64,000 bases of DNA from Opitutales bacterium (GTDB lineage Bacteria; Verrucomicrobiota; Verrucomicrobiia; Opitutales; UBA2987). This document shows positions 33,169 to 43,976 of this stretch, piece after piece. The stretch covers positions 32,001 to 96,000 of the forward strand of contig CBDDEL010000012.1 in the NCBI GenBank assembly GCA_965226885.1. The letters run 5' to 3'. The number at the start of each line of letters is the position of its first letter. The stretch's first letter is position 1. Under the pieces are notes generated by a model, which searched no databases, was not told the DNA's origin, and saw only the letters and a program-made list of their open reading frames with translations. The position numbers and the translations under genes are program-made.

Positions 33169-33358
33169 TTAAAGATTAAATGACGGCCGGATCAAATAAA
33201 GAAAAATGTCCCTATCTCCCCGAGGAGCGCCTACTACCTTTATATTCAGTGGTCTTATCTTCAGCGATTATAAAAAATTCCTCCTTTTCAAAAGTTTTAT
33301 ATACGGGGGGCTCCGGGCATCATCCCGAGTCGCTGGGAGCTGGAGTAAGGTTTCGGGG

Positions 33359-36172
33359 TTAATTCTTGGGCACCGCGGACACGAAGTCTACGCGAACTTC
33401 ATGGAGCCGGGGTGATCGGCAGGCGTAGGGCGAAACAAACACGGCTCGGTATTGCAGCCATCGGGCGCCGCGGGGGGACCCCTTCAATTTCTGACCGGAT
33501 CGTTCATAGAAGGTATTCGGACCCTGCGGACCCATCCATGGGCTCTGAGAGAGTTCCTCCCTGGTAGGCGCGACTCGCATCTGAAATTTTAACTCTGCTG
33601 GCAGGATTACATCGGCCTTCCAGTGAAGCCGTTTGGCCGTCATGTCCGTCATGTCAAATGGCGGGGAAAAGTAGGACTCATCCGGCTCTCGGGTATAGGC
33701 ATTGCCTCGATCGCGGGCGGTCATGCCGTGGGGGCCCAGGCCCGGCAGACGCGTTGCCGGAGCGGCCAGAAAGCCGTCCGGGCCATTCCAGTAAATCAAC
33801 GAGTCAACCTGATGCCCGATGTCATTGCGGTGGCAGGCCAGGACGAGATCAATCCAACCGTCCCGGTTCAAGTCCACTTGGGTGGCGGCGCCGGAACCTT
33901 CCGCCGGCAGATTGACCGGATGGTCCCAGTCAAGAGCCTTTCCGGTGCCCCAGAATACTTGTGCGGGGATGACCCGTGCCTTGGAGGTCGAGTATCCGGT
34001 GGCAGCCACGTCCAGGTGCCCGTCGCGGTTGAAATCGGCAATGGCCGTGAAGATCGGGGTGTATTCCGCCAGCAGCTTCTGCGAGTTTTCGCTTCGATAA
34101 CCGTCGCGGCTACCGAAGAAGACGTGCATGGTGTCTTTTTGCAGGTGGTAATGCGCAGCGCATGAGACAATCAAATCAAGCCATCCATCGGCATTAAGGT
34201 CAGCGGTGTTCACGGCGATTGGATACGGCACCGGGACGCGCCAGCTGTGGTCCCCGCTAAAGCCGTCGGGCCCACCCAGATAGATGAGGATCTCATTGCG
34301 TTTATCGACGCATAAGATGTCGAGGAATCCGTCCTTGTTGACGTCCGCAAGTTTGCCCGTGTTTCCATAAGTCTCTAATCCCCGCGAACGCGAAAGGGAA
34401 TACCCCGCTTCCGAACCAAAGTAAATCCTCGAAGATTTCGCCAGCGTTTCCGGTTTGGCGTCATACACTTGCGCAAAGGCTAGAATATCGAGGTAGCCGT
34501 CGCGATTGAAGTCGGCCAGCCGAAGGTCCTGGAGGCCATCATTCGCCGGGATGTCCTGAAATCGATCCGTCGCCGGGCCGTCCGGGCCTCCAGGATGGAT
34601 TCGAATGTAGGGGGTCCATCCTGTATCTGTATTGACCCCCGCGTCGACGATGAACTCCGGGTAGCCGTCGAGATCAACATCGGCCACAAGGGCAATGCTG
34701 CTGCTGTCGACGGGGAACTCCAACCGCCGCTCGATTCCATATTCGGCTTTTTCGTTGCCGAGATAGATGTAATTGTGGATTTTGGACAGATGGCCGCCCA
34801 TGGTGTTGTTGAAAACAACCTCCGGTCGGCCGTCCCCATTAAGATCGCCGGCCGTATTGCCGACGGCGCCGCCTGTCGGAAACCAGGTCACTCGATCCAT
34901 GGAGAAGCCCGTTGAGCCGTTCCAGAACACCGCTGAATCAACATCGTAGTTCACGTTGTCGTATTTCCGGCTGACCACCAGGTCCTTTCGTCCGTCGCCA
35001 TCGAGATCGGCCGCCGTGACCCAATCGGTGTGTGTCAGCGGCAACGATAGGTATACCGTCTGAAGATCCGTTCCGGAGCGAATCTCCACACCCTCAGCTG
35101 CGGCCATGAGGAGATCGTTTTTGTCATCGCCGGTGACATCCGCGACATCGATACCGATCGCCCCGGTGCTGAAGATGGAAGAATATCCGGTAGCTTCAAT
35201 GATCCGGGTGTCGTCTTTGTTGAGCTTGCCTTGCCGGTTCCAATAGATCTGGACGCGGTTTCCACCTGAAAAAATGACATCTTCCCAGTTGTCGTGATTC
35301 AGATCGGCAACGATCACACGCAAAGGGTAGGCGGTCGGCAGCCGCACCGGCTCGGATGTATCGAATCCACCCTCCGTGCCCCAGTAGACGTAGGACTCCG
35401 TGTTGTAGTCGTGCTCAACTCGATAGTTCGCCAGGGCAAGATCGACAAATCCATCCTGGTTGAGATCGGCGGCGGCAATGGAGACCGCCGCAATTCCCGT
35501 GATCGCATACTCTTCCGTGGCCTCGGTGAACCGGCGATCTTCTCCGCCCAGATAGACCCGGGCGTGCTTGGGCTCTCCGGGATTATGGGGATCGTTCCAG
35601 GAAGTAGGGAAGATCAGATCCAGGATGCCGTCGCGGTTAATATCTAAGACAGCCACATCGTAGGCCCCGGTCGTTGGCAGGTCGGTTCGCTCGACACCGA
35701 GTCCGTCGGGGCCGCCCCAGTAGACAAACGAGGGAAGCTCCGAGGTAACACCGTTTTGGCCGTTAGCCACAACCAGGTCCGTATGGCCGTCCCGATCGAG
35801 ATCAACGATCCGGCTCATCCAACCGCTATCAGCGGACATCTCCTTCCGGGTCCAACTCTCGCCCTTGTCCTGAAGCGTATAAACATGTGTCGGCCCGCGT
35901 TCGATATAATCGTGCGAATTGGCCAGCACCAGGTCGACGTAGCCATCGTTGTTTACGTCCAGCCGGTGAATCATCTCGATGACGCCATTGGCGTTGACGT
36001 AAAGATTGCTCCCGCCGTCTTCGAACTGCCCCTTCGCAAATTCCTCAAAGCCGCGATGAATCCACGCCTGCTCGCCCGCCTGCGCCAGGTGACTTGCCAT
36101 AATTATAACTAATGAATAAACGATAACCGGTATCTTCACCACTTTCGAGCCAGTTAAACCGAGATTTTCCAT
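33359..36172 (-). CDS. Large secreted FG-GAP/VCBS-repeat protein
   Basis: More than 10 D.N.DG..DL repeats and a signal-like N-terminus. The start is either the ATG inside R5 (36172) or a GTG slightly downstream. Confidence 0.88.
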   Translation of the reverse strand: MENLGLTGSKVVKIPVIVYSLVIIMASHLAQAGEQAWIHRGFEEFAKGQFEDGGSNLYVNANGVIEMIHRLDVNNDGYVDLVLANSHDYIERGPTHVYTLQDKGESWTRKEMSADSGWMSRIVDLDRDGHTDLVVANGQNGVTSELPSFVYWGGPDGLGVERTDLPTTGAYDVAVLDINRDGILDLIFPTSWNDPHNPGEPKHARVYLGGEDRRFTEATEEYAITGIAAVSIAAADLNQDGFVDLALANYRVEHDYNTESYVYWGTEGGFDTSEPVRLPTAYPLRVIVADLNHDNWEDVIFSGGNRVQIYWNRQGKLNKDDTRIIEATGYSSIFSTGAIGIDVADVTGDDKNDLLMAAAEGVEIRSGTDLQTVYLSLPLTHTDWVTAADLDGDGRKDLVVSRKYDNVNYDVDSAVFWNGSTGFSMDRVTWFPTGGAVGNTAGDLNGDGRPEVVFNNTMGGHLSKIHNYIYLGNEKAEYGIERRLEFPVDSSSIALVADVDLDGYPEFIVDAGVNTDTGWTPYIRIHPGGPDGPATDRFQDIPANDGLQDLRLADFNRDGYLDILAFAQVYDAKPETLAKSSRIYFGSEAGYSLSRSRGLETYGNTGKLADVNKDGFLDILCVDKRNEILIYLGGPDGFSGDHSWRVPVPYPIAVNTADLNADGWLDLIVSCAAHYHLQKDTMHVFFGSRDGYRSENSQKLLAEYTPIFTAIADFNRDGHLDVAATGYSTSKARVIPAQVFWGTGKALDWDHPVNLPAEGSGAATQVDLNRDGWIDLVLACHRNDIGHQVDSLIYWNGPDGFLAAPATRLPGLGPHGMTARDRGNAYTREPDESYFSPPFDMTDMTAKRLHWKADVILPAELKFQMRVAPTREELSQSPWMGPQGPNTFYERSGQKLKGSPRGARWLQYRAVFVSPYACRSPRLHEVRVDFVSAVPKN

Positions 36173-36292
36173 ATCATCCGTTAGAATCGTTGAAAATAGC
36201 TAGATTCCAATATTTCGATCCATTTTGCTCCTTTAAATACAATTTGGCAATCTTTCCCTTTGTTATTTGGTGATCAATTCCGCGATATTTAA
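36159..36292 (-). repeat. Dispersed cargo-leader element, copy R5 (most diverged, inverted)
   Basis: Reverse complement reads TTAAATA...GATCACCAAATAAC...TGGATCGAAATATTGGAATCTAGCTATTTTCAACGATTCTAACGGATGATATGGAAAATCTCGG. Confidence 0.87.
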
Positions 36293-36303
36293 CGAATAGT
36301 TAG

Positions 36304-37870
36304 CCCAGATATTTCGTAAAAAAAGTATCGTTGATATGCTTAACTGCTGATATACAGCAGGATAGATCAATAATTAAAGCAATATCAGCGATGACAAAAG
36401 GTAAACAATTAAAGCTACAGTTGACAAGGGTAAAAGGCCGCCGTGTGCGGGTTGATTTCAAGGGCGGAGAGGTTACTTCGGATGCCGGACTGCTTTTGAT
36501 CCGGGAAGTGGATCGGCAGTTGGGCTTGACCGAACGAGCGGCCCGACAGTTAGTGGACAAACGGCAGAAGGGCAAAGTACGCCATGAGGTATTGGGGATG
36601 CTGCGGCAGCGCGTTTACGGGCTGGTGGCGGGCTATGAGGATTTGAACGACTTTGATACCCTGCGCCACGATCCATTGTTGCAAACGGTAACGGGGCGCA
36701 TTGAAACGTTGGCCAGCGCGCCGACTTTGTGTCGTTTTGAAAACGGGCAGGATCGGCGGGCGGCCTTTGCGGTAAACGAGCTGTTGGTCGAACAGTTCAT
36801 GGGCTCCTTTGCCGAGGAACCCGAAGAGATCATCCTGGACTTTGACGCCACCGACAATCCGGTGCACGGGCTCCAGGAGGGACGTTTTTTCCACGGTTAT
36901 TATGATCATTACTGTTTTCTGCCGCTATATGTTTTTTGCGGTGATCAGCTGCTGGTGGCCTACCTGCGGCCGAGCAAGATCGATGCCAGCAAGCATGCTG
37001 GGGCCATCCTCAAATTGCTGGTTAAACGGATTCGCCAAAGCTGGCCCCGTACGCGGATTATTTGGCGCGCCGACAGTGGATTTTGTCGAGACCGGATACT
37101 CTCTTGGTGCGACCGCAACGAAGTTAGTTACATCGTGGGGATGGCTCGCAATGCACGCTTGCAGCAAGACGCCCAGCAGTTGCAAAAGCAGGCCAAAGAA
37201 TGGTTCGAACTAAGGGGTAAAAAACAACGGTTATTCCAGGACTTCGTCTATGCTGCCGATTCGTGGCGATGGCTGCGGTTGGTCATCCATAAAGCCGAAC
37301 ACACCGCACAGGGGTCCAACCCGCGCTTCGTGGTGACGAACCTGCCGGGCGATCCCCAGGAGCTTTACGACAAGGTATACTGTGGCCGCGGTGAAATGGA
37401 GAACCGAATCAAGGAACAGATGCAATTGTTCAGCGAGCGCACCAGCGCCCATCAATGGTGGGCCAATCAGTGGCGATTGCTCTTGTCGGCGCTGGCCTAC
37501 ACCTTGATGGAAGCCATGCGCCGGTTAGCCTTAAAAGGGACGAAGTGGGCGCGGGCCCAATGCCACACCCTGCGGCTCAAATTAATCAAGATCGGAGCGG
37601 TCATCGTGCGCAACACCCGAACGATTCACTTTCACCTAAGTGAGAGTTATCCTTGGGCCAGTCTTTTCAACCATGCGGCCCGCCGATTGGTGCCAACCTA
37701 AAGGGTGCATTGGTGCTGCCCCCGGCACTACCGAACCAATGGGGGAAAGGGGGCAGTGTCTCTACACCCTGAAAAACACCTAAAAATCAAGACGATCTGC
37801 TCAAAATACAAAGAAATCCATCTCCAATAGCAATAACGAGCCAAACTTTACCCTTCATGAAATATCCGGG
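36304..37870 (+). mobile_element. Complete IS1380-family element (tnp 36391-37701)
   Basis: Both ends present, TTAG duplication on both sides, intact transposase (TSDAG, LDFDATD, RADSGF, RGEMENRIKE). Confidence 0.96.
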
Positions 37871-38077
37871 TTAGCCGGATATTGTTTGACCATAAACCGG
37901 AGTTTCAGGAGGCGGTACAAACAAATAACCGAGGGTAACGCTTTTGGGATTTTGCAAACATTTCCCAAATTAGCTAAAAGTTTTAATTTTAGCAACGGAT
38001 ACGTGTTGCTGCCCCGTCGGTAAGGTGGAGCAAGCCGTTTTTTTCGAGCCTCCCCCTTCCCCCGGTGCTTTAACAGT

Positions 38078-40738
38078 TGACGTGTGAAGTGGACGGGGTT
38101 GTTTGGACAATTTTGACGTGGGATTAAGGTGGAAATCGTGTTCATATTATTTTTTAAAAATATATTTTGTCCTTAGCCAAAGACGGGCACGCAGGTGCCC
38201 GCAAGCTGTATTGGCGGGGAGGTTGGTTTTGCTCCGATTGCATGGACTTCGGCCGGGGTCCGGTAGCCCAGGGCTTGGTGGGGGCGCAGGTGGTTGTAGA
38301 AGTCCAGGTAGCGGGCTATCCCTTCGCTGGCTTCCTTTGCCGTGGCGTATTCGCGCAGGTAAATGTCTTCATACTTGAGGGTTCTCCAAAAGCGTTCAAC
38401 AAATATGTTGTCCAGGTAGCGGCCACGCCCGTCCATGCTGATGCGCACCCCGGCTTGCCCCAGCACCGAGGTGAACTCGCTGCCGGTAAACTGGCTGCCT
38501 TGATCGGTGTTGAAGATTTGAGGTTGGGCCCGCCTCAGAGCTTCCTCCAGGGCGAGCACACAGAAGCGGCTCTCCAGGGTGTTGGAAAGCTGCCAGCTCA
38601 ACACGTAGCGGCTGAACCAGTCCAACACCACGGTCAAGAAAAGGAATCCTCGGCTCAGCCGCAGGTAAGTGATGTCGCTGCACCATACCTGGTCGGGCCG
38701 CTCGACCGCCAAACCCCGCAGCAGATAAGGGAAAATGCGGTGCTGCCGGTGCCCCTGGCTCAAGTTTCGACGCGGATAAATAGCCTCCAGGCCCATTTGG
38801 CGCATGAGCCGCTGGATGCGGCCTCGTCCCACTGCATGGCCCTCTCGACGTAGCCACTGGGTCATCCGGCCAGAACCAAAAAACGGATATTGGGTGTAGA
38901 GCTCATCCATGCGATGCATGTAGAGAACGTTCTGCTCGCACTGGGCACGGGCCCGATAGTAATAGCTGCCGCGGGCCAGCCCCAGCAACTGACATTGCCT
39001 GCCGATACTGATTTTTCCTTGAAGTGGTTGCACCATCTTGCGCCTCTCACCAACCGAATTGTTCAGACTTTTTTTTTAGCCAATCGCATTCTACTTTCAG
39101 CTTTCCAATCTCCTGGTAAAGGTGATCTTTTTCCGTCTCGTTGTCCTTGCTGAGAGTCTGCCGCTGGCGCGAAAACAGCTCCGTTGCTCCCTGCAAAAGC
39201 TGCTTCTTCCATTGGGTCACCTGGTTGGGATGCACCTCAAAACGACCGGCGATCTCGTTGATGGTATGAGCGCCCCTGATGGCTTCCAGGGCCACTCGGG
39301 CTTTAAACTCAGCACTGTCTTGTCTTCTCTTTCGTGATTTAATAACATTCATAGGTTAGCGGATTTAGTGGTTCAAGACCACCTTATTCCACTGTCCAGT
39401 TTTCCCCGTCCATTTCAGTGTACTGGATTTGTTGGACACGGGATTCTCTTATATTCATTGTTTATTGATTAGTGTGTCAGGCGGCTTGTTTTGGTAAAGG
39501 GTTTTGTTTTCTCGTTGCCCCCCATGGGGGGCAAATATTTTCCTCGAATTGGACTGGGCTTTGGTAACTCAGAGAGGAATGTTTGCGATATCGGTTGTAG
39601 AAGATTTCCACGTATTCGAAGACAGTTGATCGCAGTTCGCGCTCGTCGGCAAAGTGGCGGCCTCGAATCGTGCTGGTCTTGAAGCGGCCGTAGAACGATT
39701 CCATGGCCGCGTTGTCGTAGCAGTTGCCTTGGGCGCTCATGCTCGGCTTCATGCCTAGTTCAGAGACCAGCCTCTGATAGTCGTCGCTGCCGTAGGGGCT
39801 GCCCCGATCGCTGTGATGAATAATCCCGGTGCGCAGTGTGCCGCGGGTCATGGCCGCGGCTTTGAGGGCCTTGCCAACCAGCTTCGCGTCGTTGTGGTTG
39901 GAAACGCTCCAGCCCAGCAGGCGTCGGCTGAACAGGTCCATCACCGTGGCCAAGTACATCCAACCGGCCAGGGTCCGTAGGTAGGTCGTGTCCGCCACCC
40001 AGACCTCGTCGATATGGGTCGGCTGGCCATGCTTTTTAAGCACATTGGGGCTGTAACCATAGGGATGGTTACTGTTGGTTTTTAATGGCTTAAAGCGTTT
40101 ACTCTGGGTGCTTTTGATTCCCATTTCACGCATCAGACGCAGAGCCCGGTCACGGCCGCAATCGATGCCCTCATCATCCTTCAGATGGCGGTGCATTGGC
40201 CGATGCCCATAGCGGCCCTTGGCCTCTTTGTGTACCTTCAGGATCGCCCCCTTGATTCCCTCGTCCTCGATCCGCCGGGCCGAGGGCGCTCGGGGCCTCC
40301 AGCAGTAATAGCCACTGCGACAAATCCCCATCGCCGAGCATATTTCCTCGATCTTGAAGCGCCCCTCGTTGTCTTTGACAAACTGGTACTTCATTGTTCG
40401 TCCTTGGCAAAGTAGCCCACCGTTTTTTTTAGTATCTGGTTGATCCGCTCCGAGCGGCGCAGCTCTTTGCGAAGACGATCTATCTCGGCCGCCATCTCCT
40501 TCGGACTGCTCTGTCGCTTTGAGGTGGCTTCGCCCTGCTGATCGTCCAGATAGAGCCTCTTCCACCTATACAATTGGTTGGTGTTGACCCCAAGTTTGGT
40601 CGATACCTCGGTGGCGCTCAGACCATCGAGTATCATCAGTTGAACTGCCTCATTTTTGAACTCTATACTGCGTCTTCTTCCCATGCTTCGATTCTCCATT
40701 TAGGAGAATCTCGTGTCCACTTTTTCCAGTGCACATCA
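38078..40738 (-). mobile_element. IS3-family type B copy whose right IR is split by a type C element
   Basis: TGACGTG (38078-38084) continues as GTGTACTGG (39418); orfA 40391-40699; orfB ends near 39477. Confidence 0.92.
38085..39417 (-). mobile_element. IS3-family element type C (orfA 39047-39352, orfB 38173-39036)
   Basis: IRs TGAAATGGACGGGG / CCCCGTCCACTTCA; 3-bp duplication GTG; motifs WCSDITY, FNTDQGSQF, DNIFVERFW. Confidence 0.95.
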
Positions 40739-42212
40739 GTTTTTCAGGGTGTAGAGACACTGCCCCCTTTCCCCCATTGGTTCGGTAGTGCCGGGGGCAG
40801 CACCAATGCACCCTTTAGGTTGGCACCAATCGGCGGGCCGCATGGTTGAAAAGACTGGCCCAAGGATAACTCTCACTTAGGTGAAAGTGAATCGTTCGGG
40901 TGTTGCGCACGATGACCGCTCCGATCTTGATTAATTTGAGCCGCAGGGTGTGGCATTGGGCCCGCGCCCACTTCGTCCCTTTTAAGGCTAACCGGCGCAT
41001 GGCTTCCATCAAGGTGTAGGCCAGCGCCGACAAGAGCAATCGGCACTGATTGGCCCACCATTGATGGGCGCTGGTGCGCTCGCTGAACAATTGCATCTGT
41101 TCCTTGATTCGGTTCTCCATTTCACCGCGGCCACAGTATACCTTGTCGTAAAGCTCCTGGGGATCGCCCGGCAGGTTCGTCACCACGAAGCGCGGGTTGG
41201 ACCCCTGTGCGGTGTGTTCGGCTTTATGGATGACCAACCGCAGCCATCGCCACGAATCGGCAGCATAGACGAAGTCCTGGAATAACCGTTGTTTTTTACC
41301 CCTTAGTTCGAACCATTCTTTGGCCTGCTTTTGCAACTGCTGGGCGTCTTGCTGCAAGCGTGCATTGCGAGCCATCCCCACGATGTAACTAACTTCGTTG
41401 CGGTCGCACCAAGAGAGTATCCGGTCTCGACAAAATCCACTGTCGGCACGCCAAATAATCCGCGTACGGGGCCAGCTTTGGCGAATCCGTTTAACCAGCA
41501 ATTTGAGGATGGCCCCGGCATGCTTGCTGGCATCGATCTTGCTCGGCCGCAGGTAGGCCACCAGCAGCTGATCACCGCAAAAAACATATAGCGGCAGAAA
41601 ACAGTAATGATCATAATAACCGTGGAAAAAACGTCCCTCCTGGAGCCCGTGCACCGGATTGTCGGTGGCGTCAAAGTCCAGGATGATCTCTTCGGGTTCC
41701 TCGGCAAAGGAGCCCATGAACTGTTCGACCAACAGCTCGTTTACCGCAAAGGCCGCCCGCCGATCCTGCCCGTTTTCAAAACGACACAAAGTCGGCGCGC
41801 TGGCCAACGTTTCAATGCGCCCCGTTACCGTTTGCAACAATGGATCGTGGCGCAGGGTATCAAAGTCGTTCAAATCCTCATAGCCCGCCACCAGCCCGTA
41901 AACGCGCTGCCGCAGCATCCCCAATACCTCATGGCGTACTTTGCCCTTCTGCCGTTTGTCCACTAACTGTCGGGCCGCTCGTTCGGTCAAGCCCAACTGC
42001 CGATCCACTTCCCGGATCAAAAGCAGTCCGGCATCCGAAGTAACCTCTCCGCCCTTGAAATCAACCCGCACACGGCGGCCTTTTACCCTTGTCAACTGTA
42101 GCTTTAATTGTTTACCTTTTGTCATCGCTGATATTGCTTTAATTATTGATCTATCCTGCTGTATATCAGCAGTTAAGCATATCAACGATACTTTTTTTAC
42201 GAAATATCCGGG
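40739..42212 (-). mobile_element. IS1380-family element lacking its right end (tnp 40815-42125)
   Basis: Left end at 42212; the 3' non-coding part is cut at the IS3 type B left end. Confidence 0.93.
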
Positions 42213-43610
42213 TTAGGTTGGCACCAATCGGCGGGGCGCATGGTTGAAAAGACTGGCCCAAGGATAACTCTCACTTAGGTGAAAGTGAATCGTTCGGGTG
42301 TTGCGCACGATGACCGCTCCGATCTTGATTAATTTGAGCCGCAGGGTGTGGCATTGGGCCCGCGCCCACTTCGTCCCTTTTAAGGCTAACCGGCGCATGG
42401 CTTCCATCAAGGTGTAGGCCAGCGCCGACAAGAGCAATCGCCACTGATTGGCCCACCATTGATGGGCGCTGGTGCGCTCGCTGAACAATTGCATCTGTTC
42501 CTTGATTCGGTTCTCCATTTCACCGCGGCCACAGTATACCTTGTCGTAAAGCTCCTGGGGATCGCCCGGCAGGTTCGTCACCACGAAGCGCGGGTTGGAC
42601 CCCTGTGCGGTGTGTTCGGCTTTATGGATGACCAACCGCAGCCATCGCCACGAATCGGCAGCATAGACGAAGTCCTGGAATAACCGTTGTTTTTTACCCC
42701 TTAGTTCGAACCATTCTTTGGCCTGCTTTTGCAACTGCTGGGCGTCTTGCTGCAAGCGTGCATTGCGAGCCATCCCCACGATGTAACTAACTTCGTTGCG
42801 GTCGCACCAAGAGAGTATCCGGTCTCGACAAAATCCACTGTCGGCGCGCCAAATAATCCGCGTACGGGGCCAGCTTTGGCGAATCCGTTTAACCAGCAAT
42901 TTGAGGATGGCCCCGGCATGCTTGCTGGCATCGATCTTGCTCGGCCGCAGGTAGGCCACCAGCAGCTGATCACCGCAAAAAACATATAGCGGCAGAAAAC
43001 AGTAATGATCATAATAACCGTGGAAAAAACGTCCCTCCTGGAGCCCGTGCACCGGATTGTCGGTGGCGTCAAAGTCCAGGATGATCTCTTCGGGTTCCTC
43101 GGCAAAGGAGCCCATGAACTGTTCGACCAACAGCTCGTTTACCGCAAAGGCCGCCCGCCGATCCTGCCCGTTTTCAAAACGACACAAAGTCGGCGCGCTG
43201 GCCAACGTTTCAATGCGCCCCGTTACCGTTTGCAACAATGGATCGTGGCGCAGGGTATCAAAGTCGTTCAAATCCTCATAGCCCGCCACCAGCCCGTAAA
43301 CGCGCTGCCGCAGCATCCCCAATACCTCATGGCGTACTTTGCCCTTCTGCCGGTTGTCCACTAACTGTCGGGCCGCTCGTTCGGTCAAGCCCAACTGCCG
43401 ATCCACTTCCCGGATCAAAAGCAGTCCGGCATCCGAAGTAACCTCTCCGCCCTTGAAATCAACCCGCACACGGCGGCCTTTTACCCTTGTCAACTGTAGC
43501 TTTAATTGTTTACCTTTTGTCATCGCTGATATTGCTTTAATTATTGATCTATCCTGCTGTATATCAGCAGTTAAGCATATCAACGATACTTTTTTCACGA
43601 AATATCCGGG
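42213..43610 (-). mobile_element. IS1380-family element (tnp 42213-43523) cut at its own stop codon by the neighbouring copy
   Basis: Junction GAAATATCCGGG|TTAGGTTGGCAC; left end at 43610 followed by CTAG. Confidence 0.93.
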
Positions 43611-43976
43611 CTAGGTGATTGGTAGGGGGGAGGCGATATGTGGACATTGCCGGGGAGAATCCGGGCCCTTCCTTTTATAGGCAAAGTAGGAGTAGATTTC
43701 CTATCTGGATATCCCTGAAGCCTTCCCTGCGAGGCGCCCCTCAATCCACGGGCCAGCCCGCCCCAAAAATAGGTCGGATAATATTCAACAGCCTATCAAT
43801 CGCCCTCATTGACACTCCGGTGGCGATGATTTCTGGAATGACCTCCATGATGCCCATCATACCTTCTTTTTCCAAGGTACCCTGTTTTCATCCGCAACAC
43901 CGCCACAAGCTGCTAAAACACAAGGATTGGGCCGTTTTTCATCCGCAACATTTGAGTTCGATGTGCCGATTCCTTG

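Noticed and set aside
23458..36292. Leader copies as a CRISPR array
   Set aside because: The units are about 100 bp or longer, diverged, separated by whole genes and in mixed orientation, and no cas genes are present.
23458..36292. Leader copies as attC or Xer/dif sites
   Set aside because: They lack the long RYYYAAC...GTTRRRY hairpin and the XerD arm (TTATGTTAAAT-like), and they lie upstream rather than downstream of genes.
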